Source of the DNA: Dicyema japonicum
Taxonomy: Eukaryota; Animalia; Dicyemida
Direction: 5' to 3'
DNA: 64,000 bases
Assembly (NCBI GenBank): GCA_011109175.1
Contig: RDEW01000025.1
Coordinates: forward strand, 589,990 to 653,989
How positions within the stretch are numbered: position 1 is the first letter of the stretch; the number at the start of each line of letters is the position of its first letter. A program made the position numbers and the translations under genes. Below the pieces are notes generated by a model. It made no database searches. It was not told the origin of the DNA and saw only the letters and a program-made list of their open reading frames with translations. This document shows, in pieces, positions 47,400 to 60,710 of this stretch.

Positions 47400-49990
47400 G
47401 AGGTAGGCTGAAAACGAGACGTAAAATCGATTTAACCGTTAAAGCCGTTTAACGTATGACCGAAAGTTAACGCTAACCGCTATAGACTGTTAAATCTGAG
47501 TCGTTAAGTATCGAAACCCAACAGAGCATTAATTACTATCATTTAGACAGCAATGGAATCCTGGAACCGGAACAGTAATTTATTCGAAACAGGAATTAGG
47601 AGTTTAAGAGATATTTTAACGAGTCCACTTATGCAGCCTGGACACTTCCGATGCACCCCATCTCCACTTAGTTTTGTTCTAGCGTCGGATCCCATTAATC
47701 CTCTTCTCCATAATGTATTTTACTGAGAGCAAGAATCCTGTTTCTTCTGTACTCAGGACGTCACGCAGCTTTCTCCCCAAGGCTAACTTTACTGCTGACT
47801 CCTCGAGTTTTTCAGAAGACATTATTCTTTCCTCTGTCGTGAAAGTACCAGGCTTCACATCCGTATAGTAACTCTGAATCCTCCTGAAGATAAATAAGAA
47901 GGTCTACCAAGCTAACGAACATCTTGCGTGTGCAGAGGAGCGCTTGCAACGCCTTCTTCCTCTTTCGCCTGATTTCCTCCCAATCGATAACTACCTCGAG
48001 GTAACGGAGTGAATGTACTCTCGGATATCAAGTGAATAAGGCTGTGCATGATGTCTCCGTAGGCGACTAATCCTCATGAAACTGGACTTCTCAGTAGAGA
48101 GTTTCATCCCTCTCTTGGAGCACCAATCCTACACTCGGTCAGTGAACAACTTGATTCTTCTTTCTGATAATGTTGACTTCCCAGACATATCCATAATTAG
48201 TATATCTTCTTCGTATCCGGAGTAGGGAAATCTGACAAAAATACATTAAACAAAAGGGGCTCAAGACGGAGCCCTGTGGAACACCCCTCTTCAGTAGGAT
48301 ATCTCTTAACATGTTTCCTCCAACACGTACTCGGGAAGTCCGTCCTGTTAGGAAATCCTTTATCCATGTGAAGAGTTTCTTTTGGATGTCAGCAGCAGCT
48401 AGCCTTGATAGGAGGGCTTCATGCCACACGCTATCGAAAGCCTTGGACAGGTCCAAACATACTAGGTTGACTTGCCTCTTGAATTCCAGACCTTTCAGTA
48501 CCACCGAATGCATGTAGTGGATACAATCAGTGCTGGATTTCCCAGGTCTGAAGCCACATTGTTCCGCGAGGAAGAAACCACTCTCTTCTACGTGCTCGTT
48601 TAACCTCTTGAAGATAGTTCGCTAAGCAATCTTGGAGATAAAGCGAATTAGGCTGATCGGCCGTAGTTAAGAAGGTCCTTCCCCGACTTTCCTGGTTTAA
48701 AGATCATCCAGACAATGGAAGTTTTCCAGCGTCTTGGGACATATCCATGATCAATGCTTGCGTTAAATAAGTTCCTTAGTACGAGCAGCTAATCCTCTGG
48801 ACCTTCCTTGAACATTCTCATGCTAACATGATCATGTCCAGGAGCGTTAGCTTTGCATGCTCTGATGGCAACCACGACTTCTCTATCGTTATCCTCATAT
48901 TGGTATCTTTGAGACCATCTGGAGAATAGGTAAGAAGTTCTTGTGAAGCTTCCAACTCTTCCCCCGGGATAACCTCCACTGGGTTGACTCCCTGGATACG
49001 GTCCAGTTGCCCCTTAAAGATATCTGGGGCTTATTCCGCAGAATATGACCCACCTTCTGACTTGTTCAAGGAGATTTTCATATTATCGTTCTCCTGGCCA
49101 GTTATTATTTTGTAGATCTTCCAGAACGAGGGGTCTTTGGTGTTTAGTTTGCTTGCCTCGACTCTCCAACTTCGTTCTAGAGTCAGTATTGTTCTCCCTT
49201 CAATGGCTTTTTCGATTATCTTTAGCTGTCCGGTCAATGTTATCCGGTCCATCCAGTCTACACATCTTCTGAGTTCTGTCGATTTTTTCTTTGATCGGTG
49301 ATAAGGTAGTAGGAGAGATATCAAAGCTTTTCCTGCGATTAGCACCGGACAGTTTCCTCTTGGCATACAGCGACAAGTATCGTTCCATGATAATTGCAAG
49401 GTCTTGCTCCGTGTTGTCAATTTTGACCAGGGAATTAGGTCCCTCCGTCCAACATTTGAGATTCTTTGTGATGTAATTCCTATATTGTTACCAGTTTATC
49501 CTGAACAGGTCATATCCCGTGAACACACCATCCGCCGTATCTGGGGTCAGGTATAGTGCTGATTCCTGTGGGATGTGGTCGCTGCCGATGTCCTCCAAGA
49601 TCTTAGGCCTCTCCACATAGGAGCAGAAATGTGGTGAGATTAAGAAAAACACCAAGCATATCTCCTCCGTGGTAAGAAAAGTGATTCGGCGCTTCCGATG
49701 TCATGATTTCGAAACCAGCCTTCTCTTCCAGTTTTTCTAGTCTGAATCCGTCCCGTTAGTTCCGAAGCATCCGTAATTAACGTTTTTTGGCGTTTAGATC
49801 GCCTACCAACAGACATGTCATTTCACAGCGGAAAAGTAAAGAAAATCGATTGCTAAAGAAAAGTAACAAACAAATCGATAGCTCCCCGAGATTAGTCAAA
49901 TGTTTTTCAAGCGTGTCACTTTCTCGTGGAGAAAACTACTTAAATTTGTAGACAACCTATCCAACCTCTCTCCCTTAATAAACAACTTTG
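47400..49990 (-). mobile_element. Longest I/Jockey-like LINE (family A): APE, linker and RT, degraded
   Basis: CLLVGDLNAK, KDPSFWK, ANAPGHD, CLDLSKAFDSVWH, GVPQGSVLSP, RLSTEKS. Confidence 0.9.
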
Positions 49991-50006
49991 CTTGGTAATG
50001 AGCTCT

Positions 50007-50428
50007 TTATTTTATTTATTTATTTAACCCAAGACCACGGTAAAACAAAACTAATTATCACGTGATCCCAATGCATTTTAACAAAGACCTCATCTTTGCC
50101 CGTCGTTCTTCCTTCGTGCCCGCACATGAACGTACTGGACGGCTGCCTGAATTTTCAGGGCCAATTTCCCGTGATCTGGAGTCAAGTCTCATAAGGGCGT
50201 CCAGAGGCGTAGGTTCCGGGTCGATGATCTTCACAAATCCAACGCTCCGTTACTCTGTAAGCCTCTTTTGCATTTCCTCAATTTTCCTCATATTTGTCCA
50301 AGATATGGACGGACCCCACGAGGCGCATGCATATGAGAAACATGGCTCGATGTATTGTTTGTATACGTTCATCAAGACTGGGTGAGTACTACTCTTCCAT
50401 ATTCCCGGTAAACTTTTCAATACGTTCA
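50007..50428 (-). mobile_element. LINE family B, 5'-truncated, with a 12-bp TSD
   Basis: gtaatgagctct at 49995-50006 and 50429-50440. (TAAA)n tail. Homologous to about 28980-29333. Confidence 0.9.
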
Positions 50429-50566
50429 GTAATGAGCTCTGTGATTATTAGTACTTAATGACAAAAATAAATTATAATTAATTTTTATATTAAATTGAAG
50501 TTATTTAACAGATTAAATAAGACTAACAGGAGTACTATGGTCAACTGGCTCCCTAAGAAAATTTTA

Positions 50567-52561
50567 CTACAAAATATACATGTTTTCAATGTTAAAGATT
50601 GGAAACGACAAATTCATGGAATTTATGCCTTTTAAGCCAAACAGTTTTTCAACCTTTGCCACTAAACTATGAAATAATGAAAACTCACGTGGGTAAATTA
50701 TTTTTTTTCTAATCCTATGCACAACAGTAACAATTATAAGCAGAATCAAAACGACAGCTACAACACTTGCCGCAATAATCTTATTACGATAGTTGGAGGC
50801 GTCTTCTATGATCTCTGCAACTTATTACTTAGAGACTAACCTTCATCGAGGACTTTAAGGGCCGTACTTTTAGTAATAAGTGATCCTGCTTTGAACATAC
50901 ACTGATAAATTCCGGTGTCAGTTGAGTTTCTTGAGTAGTTGATCTCCAGAAAGCTACGATTAACTACCATATGCTACCAAGTCAGTGTATTTGAATCAGT
51001 TAAGTAGCTAATGTTTTTTGAGCTGTTTTTGGTTAATACAACTCCGTCCTTGGTCCACCACATGATTGGTTCCTCATCTCCCGAGAATTTAACTCTGGCT
51101 GTGTATGACAAAGTCGAGACATTTGAGTTTAAAATGGCGGTTGGAGGAAGGTCAATAATGAAGTAGGGAGGTTCTATCAGGTGATTATAAGGTGCTTACG
51201 AGTATAATTAGCATGAGCGTAAGTCATTTGTGTCCCCAAGTTGTTGCTAATGACGGCTTGAATGTTACCGAATATTGAAGGTGTCAAAATCAAAGACATA
51301 GAGGTGTTGCTGATGATTCTAAAATATTCGTTTTCTGATTTATTAAACACCACAAAGTACCAATTAGTTCCCTTCCATTGAGGTACCATTTGACGGTAAT
51401 TGGAGTACCGAATTTTCCGGGGTAAATATTAACATTAAAGTAGCATTGATTCTCGATATTTCTGCAGTCCCTTAACTGAGATAAAATTTTTGGGATTTCT
51501 ACGAGTAATTTTAATGCTCCCACCAGGAATCACAATTGTGAAGTTTATTTTCGAACTTTCCTTTTTGCTGACTTGGCATGAAAACTTGTGTGATCCAACT
51601 GGTCTCTTGAATAGTAATTCTTCGGGAATTATGGTCCCATTTTCATTTTTATAGACAACATTACTAAAATAAATAATCTTCTTTACTTTATGAGTCTCAT
51701 TTGGGGGAGACAAATATATCCCAAAGTCTTTGAGCTTATTTTTCTATTAAAATAGTTGTATTTGTGCTTATAGTAGTAGAACACGTGGTTGTTTGATGGA
51801 TAAACTATTTTATTCCAGGTCTCTTCACATTTAAGTGTGGCTGGGAATAAATATTTACTTTACTTGAATTGTAGTTAAATCTGAGAACATATTTTTTACC
51901 AAAAATAGAACAGCTGACTAGTTTTTTCTTACCGATATTGGAGATATATAGAGTATCTAAGGTTAGAAAAGTGGGGGACCTGTCATCAAATGAAGTCCGG
52001 GGATGCTGCAGTCGTCAAATTTCATCTTACAGGCCGATGCGAAGGGTAAGGCGTACTCGGGGATCTCCAAAATCTTCAACACGAAGGACTGATTCGTACA
52101 TGCGTTGATTTGACTGTTGTTTGAATATATGAATTTGATTTCTACGGTTATTTATATTCACCACCAGGAATGTAAATTGGGAATGGGGGGTTCACAAAGC
52201 ACGTTTCTTTGTTGTACTTGATGTAGCAAAGTGGCTGAAAACCATTTTCTTTGTTTATGTCAGTTAGGTTGAATTTAGCGGACAGATTCTTGTAGTAATA
52301 AGTTGCAGAGATTTCGTCAGACCATATTCTCTGGCTTGGAATTAATCTTTAAATTTACCATTTGGAGGTCAATGACGGCAGACATTTTATCGTCTCGGTG
52401 GAAGGCCAGTATGTTTTGTAGAGAATCCCATCCAGGGAGTGAGTGAGCAAATATCTGGCGTATTCGAATGAGGTGGGGTTTTGAACGAGTTTAATTGGTG
52501 GACATTCAGATCGGATTAAATTTTGCAGTAAAAGCAATGAAAGGATGAGTTTGGCGTTCAT
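50567..52561 (-). CDS. Ig-superfamily single-pass membrane protein (several Ig-like domains, TM helix, short tail)
   Basis: Signal peptide MNAKLILSLLLLQNLIRS; FNLTDINKENGFQPLCYI; GSHKFSCQV; PITVKWYLNGREL; WWTKDGVVL...STDTGIYQC; TM IIAASVVAVVLILLIIVTVV. Introns of about 20-27 nt. Confidence 0.8.
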
Positions 52562-52800
52562 TTTGTTAATCCGCGAATTGCGTGATTTTTGTTAAAATAA
52601 GCATAATATTGTTTATTTTGGAAATATTTGAAACTATAAGTCAAATATATTAATTCAGAAGTTAATTTCCATATTTGGAATTTTTAAGAGGAAGTTTAGT
52701 TGCACTGAAGTAATAAAGTATATTTTTCCACAACAAAAATGTAGTTTTTATCGGTCATTTTATGCAATTTACAGACTGACTGGTATTTATCAAGTAGTCG

Positions 52801-53085
52801 GCCTTTTGGCTGAACGTAACGTCTGATGACATCGGATCTGAAGGTCGTGGGTTAGCGAAGGTCAATTCTTGTCAAACAGATCCCACTCGTGAGGCGACGA
52901 GTCCTTCTGGCACGACACAGTAGTTAAAAGGGATCTTCCTACCTTTCTTCCTGACCAAATCTTCTGATGAAGATAAAATTATGAAAACTATTACGCTAAA
53001 GAATGAAGTGTTGTCCGCGACGGTAGGACGTGGGACAAAAATGGAAGAGGGGGGACCTGCTTATCCACCTTTCTTCAACTTTTAT
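52801..53085 (+). mobile_element. SINE family 3 copy with an internal deletion removing most of the B-box
   Basis: Colinear with the reverse complement of 22527-22816, except gggtt|agcgaagg versus gggttcgaatatgaaagatggagttttcagcgaagg. Confidence 0.88.
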
Positions 53086-53640
53086 TAAATCTCTCATATC
53101 TGAAGATCCTCATATTAAAATTTCGTTTATCCGTGTCAATAAGTTCTGCTTCAATATTGTCAATGTATATATCCCACCGATTTCTTCGTGTCTTTCTAAC
53201 TATACGCGAACTTACTTCCACTTTTTTTTTATTGAAAACTGTATTTTATGTGGTGATTTTAATGCTCATCATCCTGCATGGCTATTCTCTAACAAATCTG
53301 ATAAACGTGGAGTTCAAATTCCGCGTGATATGGAGGACTTAGTTATTCTGATTAATTCTGTTCTCATACTCGTTATGCTCTACGTTCAGATTATTCTAAT
53401 ACATCCCCCGATATCTCCCTTTGTTCTCAAAGTATCGCTCTCGACGCTCAATGGATGTCCATTATGATCTCCCAACTGACTTACGAAAACGAGTATCACG
53501 AAGACGTATATAAATTAAAAACGTGGAAAGTGGGATTCTTACAAAAACGATACCGAACGTATACTCAAAGACTTTTCTGGTGTTTTTTTCCGCTCTTTTG
53601 ATGTTGCTGCCGAGTTCTTCACAAACTTTCTAGTTGCTGC
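53086..53640 (+). mobile_element. LINE APE endonuclease fragment
   Basis: NIVNVYIPP, ILCGDFNAHHPAW, DKRG, PDISL. Confidence 0.88.
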
Positions 53641-53859
53641 TGGCAAAAAATTTATTCCCCATGGTTTCATCGCTTATCATGGCCTTCACTTCCATCTTAA
53701 ATTATTAATCTTTTCAGGATTATCAAATCGGTGAACTCTGGAGAAGGTAAAATCGTTAAAAACCTACTCCGTCAAAAGACATTATCAACAGCACGAATCA
53801 ATTTATGATTGTTATCAAGGCGATTCTAGAAAACAAAAAGTCGTTTTGTTAAAATCTCA

Positions 53860-54230
53860 ATATTTTAAACAATCTTCATTTTTGTTAAATGTGGTGCCTT
53901 TTCCAAAGATACAAATATGGCTTCAACAAAAATTAGTCATCTTATTGCAAAGCATATGAAGTTATATACTGATGGCGAAATTTTGAAGGAGCTACTACAA
54001 TATTTGCCGAAGAATGTTGTTCTCAACGTATCCGAGATATAGTGAAAAAATTAACACTCAGCTATGATACAGTTGCTATAAGAATTGAATCTATATCAAA
54101 TAGTATTCATGATTAGCTTGTTGAGTAATTTTTATGAAATAAATATTTTTAGTGCTGGAAAAAAGTTTTTACTATTCATTGGCTATTGACTGCTCTAAAG
54201 ATGTTACTGACATAGAACAATTGTGTTAAA
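53860..54230 (+). mobile_element. hAT (GTF2IRD2/SPIN-like) transposase fragment
   Basis: SHLIAKHMK.YTDGEILK and YYSLAIDCSKDVTDIEQL. Confidence 0.7.
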
Positions 54231-54249
54231 ACCGAAAGGATCATACGTG

Positions 54250-55740
54250 TTGACCATATTTACGGCGAAGGACGTCCAGTAGGCGATATCAAAGGTCCGA
54301 AACTCCAAAGCCTGAAGTCCAAACAATATTTCTACAACGGAACTAAAGCATCTAGGACCTCTTGGTTTAGATTTATTTGCTTACGTATTCACAATATCAA
54401 TAAATATGAACATTATTCCGGATGTCTGGAAGAGAACATACATCAAACCGATCTTGAAGCCAGGAAAATCCAAAAATGACCCCTATTCCTACAGACCAAT
54501 CTCGATTCTATGTTCACTTTCCCAAATACTCGAAAGATTAGTTCTTGAAAATATCAAAGACTACATCCTGCTCTCTCCTTTCAAACATGGATTCAGGGCT
54601 AAACACTCCACAGCAACATACCTAACGTCCTTGTGCCAGTTCATTGCGGAGGGATTCAAATCCACTAAACCACACCAACGAACAGTCTTGGTCCAACAAA
54701 CAACATAAAGTCAAAATCCCGTCTCATACCAAATGGAGTCTCTCAAGGATCCCCACTATCGCCAGCCCTTTTCAATCTCTACATAAACGACATGCCACAA
54801 ACCTGTAATGAAAACTGTCTAATCCTCTCTTATGCCGACGATATCATTCTTGCCTCCAAGGACAGAACCACTGCTCAAGAGGATACATTCCAGACAGACG
54901 GTCCCTCAATCCCACTCAAGTGGTCTTTCTAAAAATTGTATTTTATCCTTAAGTCATTATGCGAAGATAAGCTACCTTCCTACTTCAAAAGGACTCCACT
55001 GTAAGAGGCCGTATGCTCTGAGGTCAACAGACTTTTTCATTATTCCGCAATCTCTAATTACTCAATTTGTTAACAACTCTCGAAACTTGAATGCAAAAGG
55101 GTCTGACGGTTTTTCCATACATCATCAAAAAAATCTATGACCCAACGGGCTTTGCTTTAACCAATTTAATCGAACACTCAGTTAATCACGTACCTATGAT
55201 CTGGAAGAAATCCCTGATCATTCCTATTTTGAAGCCTAACCGCGACCCCTATGATCCTTCTTATCGTCCTATTTTTTTTGTTTGTTGTCTCGAAATTGCT
55301 GAGAGTTCTACTATTTTTAATCAAACCTTACCTGTCATTTTCCGAATTACAACATGGCTTTCGTGCTTATCATTCGATACAACTCATCTTTGTGAACTGA
55401 CTCAATTCATTGCCGATGGATGAGCGTATTCCGCCTATTGTTGACGAAAGCGAAACTTCCATACTGGGAGGTTCCGTCCATTTGGAGCCCCTACGTTGCG
55501 GTCATCACTTAAATTTACATTCATATCTGTACAGGATTGGACAATCGTCCTCTCCACCTTGCCCATCGTGCTTTCTTGAAGACCAGAAGATGGGTCACCT
55601 CTCATCTTGTCTGGGTCCACGACTAGTTTTTCTTCAAAACCAAATATACCTGTCGGATCTCTATAGCGTCCGCTCTTAGCTTTAACTTTTTTTGTTACCC
55701 ACCGGTTTCTCTCACTTGAAGGGACCGGGGGTAAATAAAC
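54250..55740 (+). mobile_element. Cluster of I/Jockey-like LINE RT and 3'-end fragments
   Basis: IPDVWKRTYIKPILKPGK..DPYSYRPISIL, HGFRAKHST, GVSQGSPLSP, SYADDI, a second PMIWKKSLIIPILKP, and LRCGHHLNLHSYLYRIG..SPPCPSC. Confidence 0.85.
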
Positions 55741-56149
55741 TAAATGTCCCTGAGTCTGTTACTTCGTCCACGTTAACATGAAGTAGGAAATATGAGCTTT
55801 CATCATAATGAACAAAAGACATTTCACGCATTAGTGTACCACTTCAGCCTTCAGACCTCCGATATATTCAAAAGAAGTTAAGAGTTAACGAATAATCACT
55901 GTATATTCAGCTCCCACTGCCAGGGTATACGATTTTTTCAGAGCATCACATTCACTTATAACCACGGTTCTAGGACACCCAATGGAATAGATAAAAAAGT
56001 GATTTTTGGATTCCAGGCACTGGGATCTTTTGAGACAGGTGTATCGCATAACGTTTCTTAGGATTCAGATCAGGCACAGAGAATAAAAAAATCTTTTGAG
56101 CAGGTGTGGGACTAATCGAGACACAAGTGATATAACTAATCACTATTAT

Positions 56150-56640
56150 TTAGCCTCGAATTATCAAGACCTGTGTGAGAACCCGATGAACCAAAGAAAG
56201 TTAGCAACTAAACAGATTTTCACCTAGGTCCTCTAAACGGGGAGGTGGATAGAAAGAAGACCCTTTACCGTTGTCTCGTCAGCGGTATGACAAATTGGGC
56301 CTTTTGTGGACCCAATTTTATAAGAGATTTTGGTAATGTCCACATCTTAACCTTGCAAAGATTAACTTGCACATTCTGTGGAAGTATTGATTGAGTCACT
56401 TTCGGAGGAAACTTGTTAAGTATTTTGTTCAGTCAAAAAATGTTGATTGATGGTTTTAATTTTCTTGTGGATAAGATCCACCATTTGTTTGTTAGAATAT
56501 TTTATCAGATGGCCGGATCAGAAATTTGGAAACGGTAGCTTGGTTCTCATCCAATTACCATACAAACTATTTGGTAGAGAAAAGGTCCTGTTGACAACAC
56601 ATGCAGGAGACCCACATCAAAATCTTGTCTTGGTGTCATA
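56150..56640 (-). mobile_element. I-clade LINE 3' fragment
   Basis: LIFARLRCGHYQNL on the minus strand. Confidence 0.55.
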
Positions 56641-56702
56641 ATATACCCCTTATGATAGATAAACCATGACAAACACAAATTGGAAATAAAAGAGTAAATT
56701 TA

Positions 56703-56984
56703 TTAAGAAAAATCCATGTTAAGCGGAATCTGTAGGGAAAATAAGTCATCCGTACGCAATGTTGCATGAGGAATTTTTCCTAAAGGAGTGGACAATCCGG
56801 CCACGTGGAAGTGAGTGCACTCCGCATTCATTGAAAGAAATTGATCAGCCTTAAGGACTTTGTTATTGCAAAATGTAATTTGAGCAGATCTCCCACTGAG
56901 ATGATTTAACGAGTGAAGAAAATCATTACGTAATTTGCCTGCCAATTCTTTTTCTGAAACTTGAGTTTTGTCGACAGTCGACAT
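56703..56984 (-). CDS. GEMIN7: Gem-associated protein 7 (SMN complex)
   Basis: KLRNDFLHSL..LSGR.AQIT...FHVAGLSTPLGKIPHATLRTDDLFS matches the Gemin7 Sm-like pattern LRE.FL..L...F.V..LQTP.G....A.LR..D. First ATG at 56984. Confidence 0.85.
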   Translation of the reverse strand: MSTVDKTQVSEKELAGKLRNDFLHSLNHLSGRSAQITFCNNKVLKADQFLSMNAECTHFHVAGLSTPLGKIPHATLRTDDLFSLQIPLNMDFS

Positions 56985-57135
56985 GAATTCCCACAAAGAC
57001 GAATAAAAGTAAACATTTAAAATTCAAATTTTAAATATCAAAATAACATAAATAAAAAATAGAAGCTAAAGAATATTGTGTTATTGTCTCTAAATGGGGA
57101 GATTACAATATCTAAAACAATAGTTTATTTTTTCT

Positions 57136-57455
57136 CCCCGTGACGCTATGTGGTGCTGCGTGACTAATTGGTTGAAGTTTTCTTCTTGTTTGTTTGTTCC
57201 TCCTCTCTCTTTCTATGACGTCATGTGATCCACTTGTCTGGGTGGCGCCCGATTCCAGGCCGGCACGAAAAAGATCATTTGCTTTCCCCCACTCCACTGG
57301 AGGGGTTTCCACAACTGCAAGTATGGACGTTTTTTACCCTTCATGTTGATTCAGGATGGACTCTGGTTCTGTAGAAGTGGAAACTGGATACACTTAATTA
57401 GTTGTTTACTTTAAATTCTTTCTCGGTGTATCCGGGGTCAATAAATTAAATTAAT
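57136..57455 (+). mobile_element. Short retroposon family 2a, near full-length
   Basis: Colinear with 15271-15594, including the tail cacttaattagttg...ccggggtcaataaa. Confidence 0.88.
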
Positions 57456-58129
57456 TAAAATCTCCAACAATAGCTTGATCATAACTATCCAACTTCCTTA
57501 TACTCAAGTCGACTAACTGCAGACATATCACTCTTACTGATATGTCTCTCGCGGACTTGCTTACATACACTGTGGACATCACACATCACTAAACGGAAAA
57601 TAAGTTTTAAATCTCTGCTTCTTCTTAACCAGCAGGATTTGACGTGAGCGTAAAGGACTTAATGGCGAGTTTCCTAATTGTCTCAGCTTATTAACAAAGC
57701 TTGGATTTACAGCTTAATTTAGATGGCCGTTGTCTATTAGTTGGTAACAAGATTGAAATGGTTGCGTAGTACCTCTTTTAAACATTTTCCAAATGATGGA
57801 CGTATGAGAAATTTGAACTAAGAGCTCTTTAATTAAAACCTTTACTGTGCGTCGTAAATTCTTCTTTCTCGAGCCCAGTCTACAATTCCTTGATAAATTT
57901 AAAAAATTGGTTATCCCTCAAGAATAAGTCCTATTATTTTCCCATTTATGTTAAACCAAATTCCATTAGCCTCTACCAAGTAAACCTTAGTATGGTCACT
58001 TGGTAATAAAATGAGGTTGGGTTTGTTCGTACATTTTTGCCAGTTTCCAACACGAACAGGTAAACCACATTAAAAACCACAATGCAGCGTTAGAAACTAT
58101 CAAACTAAGCGATTTCACTTTCGTGGTCA

Positions 58130-59480
58130 TGTGTAGCCTCAAGTCATCCAGATATTCTTCGCATTTGATTTTCCTTTTGGCATACTTGAGATCAGTATCC
58201 CAGGGAGTGTGATTCGCTGACGTGATCCAGTCTCAACAAAGTACTCCTCCATCGCTATATTAGCTGAGGTATCCATTTTCAATCTCAGTACATGTCCGAA
58301 GAGCCTCCATCTCAAATAAGTGATCCCGAGACTCAAAGGACCAGTGGAACAAACATTATATAAAGCTTTCTTATTTATTTTTCTTGGCTAATTCAATCCG
58401 AGCATTGTCCTTAGCTGCCTTTGATGAAAGGAGTCTATTCCCTGTTCCTCAGCCATTGCCCACGTTGATGAATTATATAATAGGACTTTTTTTAACAAGG
58501 GCATTGAATTATAGCCTTAGCCGAGATGATGTACTTGATCGTCTTTCGTCAATCCATTTTTTAACAATGTTCAGTGCAGCTGTAGCAAGGGTCTTTTTTT
58601 GAATGAGTTTATTGGGATTTACTTCCAGTAACCGAGTAAGGACTGATCTATGTCTCGATATGAAGTCGAAGTCGTCATCATAAATGGATTCTGCTATGTC
58701 ACCATAAAATTTTCGAAGGTCACGTACCGCCATCTTCAAATATATGTTAAACAGCAGAGGAGAGAGGGATTCACCTTGAAGGAGTACCCACATTATATAG
58801 GAATTCTCTTGACATAACCTTTAGCCTTCGTGTTAGATAAGAGAACTCTTATCATTTTTAAAAAATCAGAGTCCATAAATCTTTCCAGTGTCTTCAGTAG
58901 TAGACCTCGACGCACTGTGTTGAAGGCCCTCGATAGGTCTCTGCCAAGGATTGTAGTCGCATTTTGGTATCTTTGATTTACAGCGCTGCGCCACTTTTGG
59001 TTCCATACTATATCCGTCGTTGATCTCGATCCTTGACGCGATTCAGTGTAACCAATACCAAGATTTTACGTAGAGTATTGAGCAAGATATCAGGCGTAGG
59101 TTTTCCATTGGGCCTGCTGGCTTGTTTGGTTTCTGGATTGAGATTAGTAGTCCAGATTCAAGCGATAGGTATTCCTTTCTGGCAAACATAATTTAGAAGT
59201 GTTGTAATTTTATCAAATAGCACAGGGGATCCATATTTTAGGAACTCTGGATTGATGTTGTTTGGTCCAGGGGAAAGACCATATTACAGTTTGTCATTGA
59301 CTTGCTCAAAAGTAATTCATATTTTTTAATTGTATGGATTGTCCATGTACATAATCGTATGTTTCTCCGGGAGCATTTAGCAGGTTTTCAAAGTAGGCCG
59401 TAATGGTAGATGGGGTTGGGTGGGGTTATTAGAATTTTTCATTAGCGTCCAGCAGTTTTATTTTTGGTATTAGCTTCTTG
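58130..59480 (-). mobile_element. RTE-like LINE RT and C-terminus, degraded
   Basis: INPEFLKYG, YRGI.LL, SRAFNTV.R, QGESLSPLLFNIYL, YDDDFDF, YLRWRLFGHVLRL...ANIAMEEYF. Confidence 0.88.
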
Positions 59481-59499
59481 TGGTTAATCATCTGCGTTG

Positions 59500-59700
59500 C
59501 ATTTTACATTCTGGTAAGGATTTTAATTACCTGTGAAGAATTATATATGTTGCAGTCAATTTGGCACTGGAGATCTCCGCGAACGCCGCTGGCCGTTTGA
59601 GCGAATTTCGCTCGCAATTCTGAGAGGGAACAGCCACGCAGTGAGGGCGGCAGCTAACTGATATTTTGTTTTTTTTATTTGATTTAATAAAGTTTTTAAT
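59500..59700 (+). mobile_element. CRE-clade retrotransposon 3' end
   Basis: TGDLRERRWPFERISLAILRGNSHAV* resembles the CRE C-terminal F.QRLS.A.QRGNA motif. Followed by an AT-rich tail. Confidence 0.6.
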
Positions 59701-60710
59701 TTGTGTAACGTCAAGGTTAAAAACATGTCACTAAAAAAATTTTAAACAAAATAATTATTGAAGTTTGTTATAGCAGTTGTCATTTTCGGTTTACCTGTTC
59801 GCGTGGCATCTGATTACATTTAGAATTATTTTTAAAACATTTGTAAAAACACAAGTAGCAAGTTATTTTGTAAAATCACAGAAAGAGGAAGATTTTGACA
59901 TATTATAATTGATTAATCATTTCATCAATAGAATTACGTCATAATCTTAATTTTTAATTTAATAATCCAACAAGTCAAGTATTTAAATACAACTGAATGA
60001 AGACATTGTGATCTTAGTGTTGTTTGCTCTAACACGTTTATAATGGTTTATGTTCAATCAAGACTTATTCGGTTGATATGAAAGATCGAAATAGTCCTAT
60101 TGAGTTTCAGAAACAAGTTTTCTTGCTGTATTTCACATAAACTATAAATAAATCTCCAATCAAAATAATAGTCATACCAAGTTATTATTAGAAACAATAA
60201 TATAATAGTAAATATGAGGTTTAGAGAAATGATAACGATTATAGTTAGAAACTTGTTACTGTGGGGGCACTCACTAGATCTTGATCCTAGAAACGCATAA
60301 TGACTGATAAATCCGCAATAAAATACTATATATTTTCTATTCACTAATCCTCGAATACAAATAAAGACTTCAATTCAAAACCAATCATTCGAATCCTACA
60401 AAGTCCACTAAGCAGGACAAGCTAATAAAATGTTAAAAGTAAAATAAACCAATCCCTCCCAAAAATTAGACAAGGATTAGTAATCAAAAAACCACAAATC
60501 ATAAAAATTGTACAAAATGATAATTTATTGATTCATTTTTATTAAAAGCATAAAAATTAATCTAAAATAACCTCCATCCCCCGACATAATCGACGATGCG
60601 TTTCCTCTCACGATCGCAATAGAGATCAAAGCCACCGAGTATTTATTAATAAAATTAAAAAAAATTAAAATTTAAATGAGTAAAGATAACTAATTTAACT
60701 TAAAAGCTGT

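Noticed and set aside
47490-47520. ctgagtcgttaagtatcgaaac as a minimal hammerhead
   Set aside because: Lacks the CUGANGA core and a paired stem II.
52964-52990. Hammerhead-ribozyme-like CTGATGA...GAAA in SINE family 3
   Set aside because: No pairable stem II, and the core is not conserved in other copies (CTGGTGA at about 46125, CTAGTGA at about 7168).
60054-60344. Hydrophobic 96-aa ORF as a membrane protein
   Set aside because: AT-rich, GTG start, no clean upstream exon and no recognisable family. May be spurious, though an exon of a real gene is not excluded.
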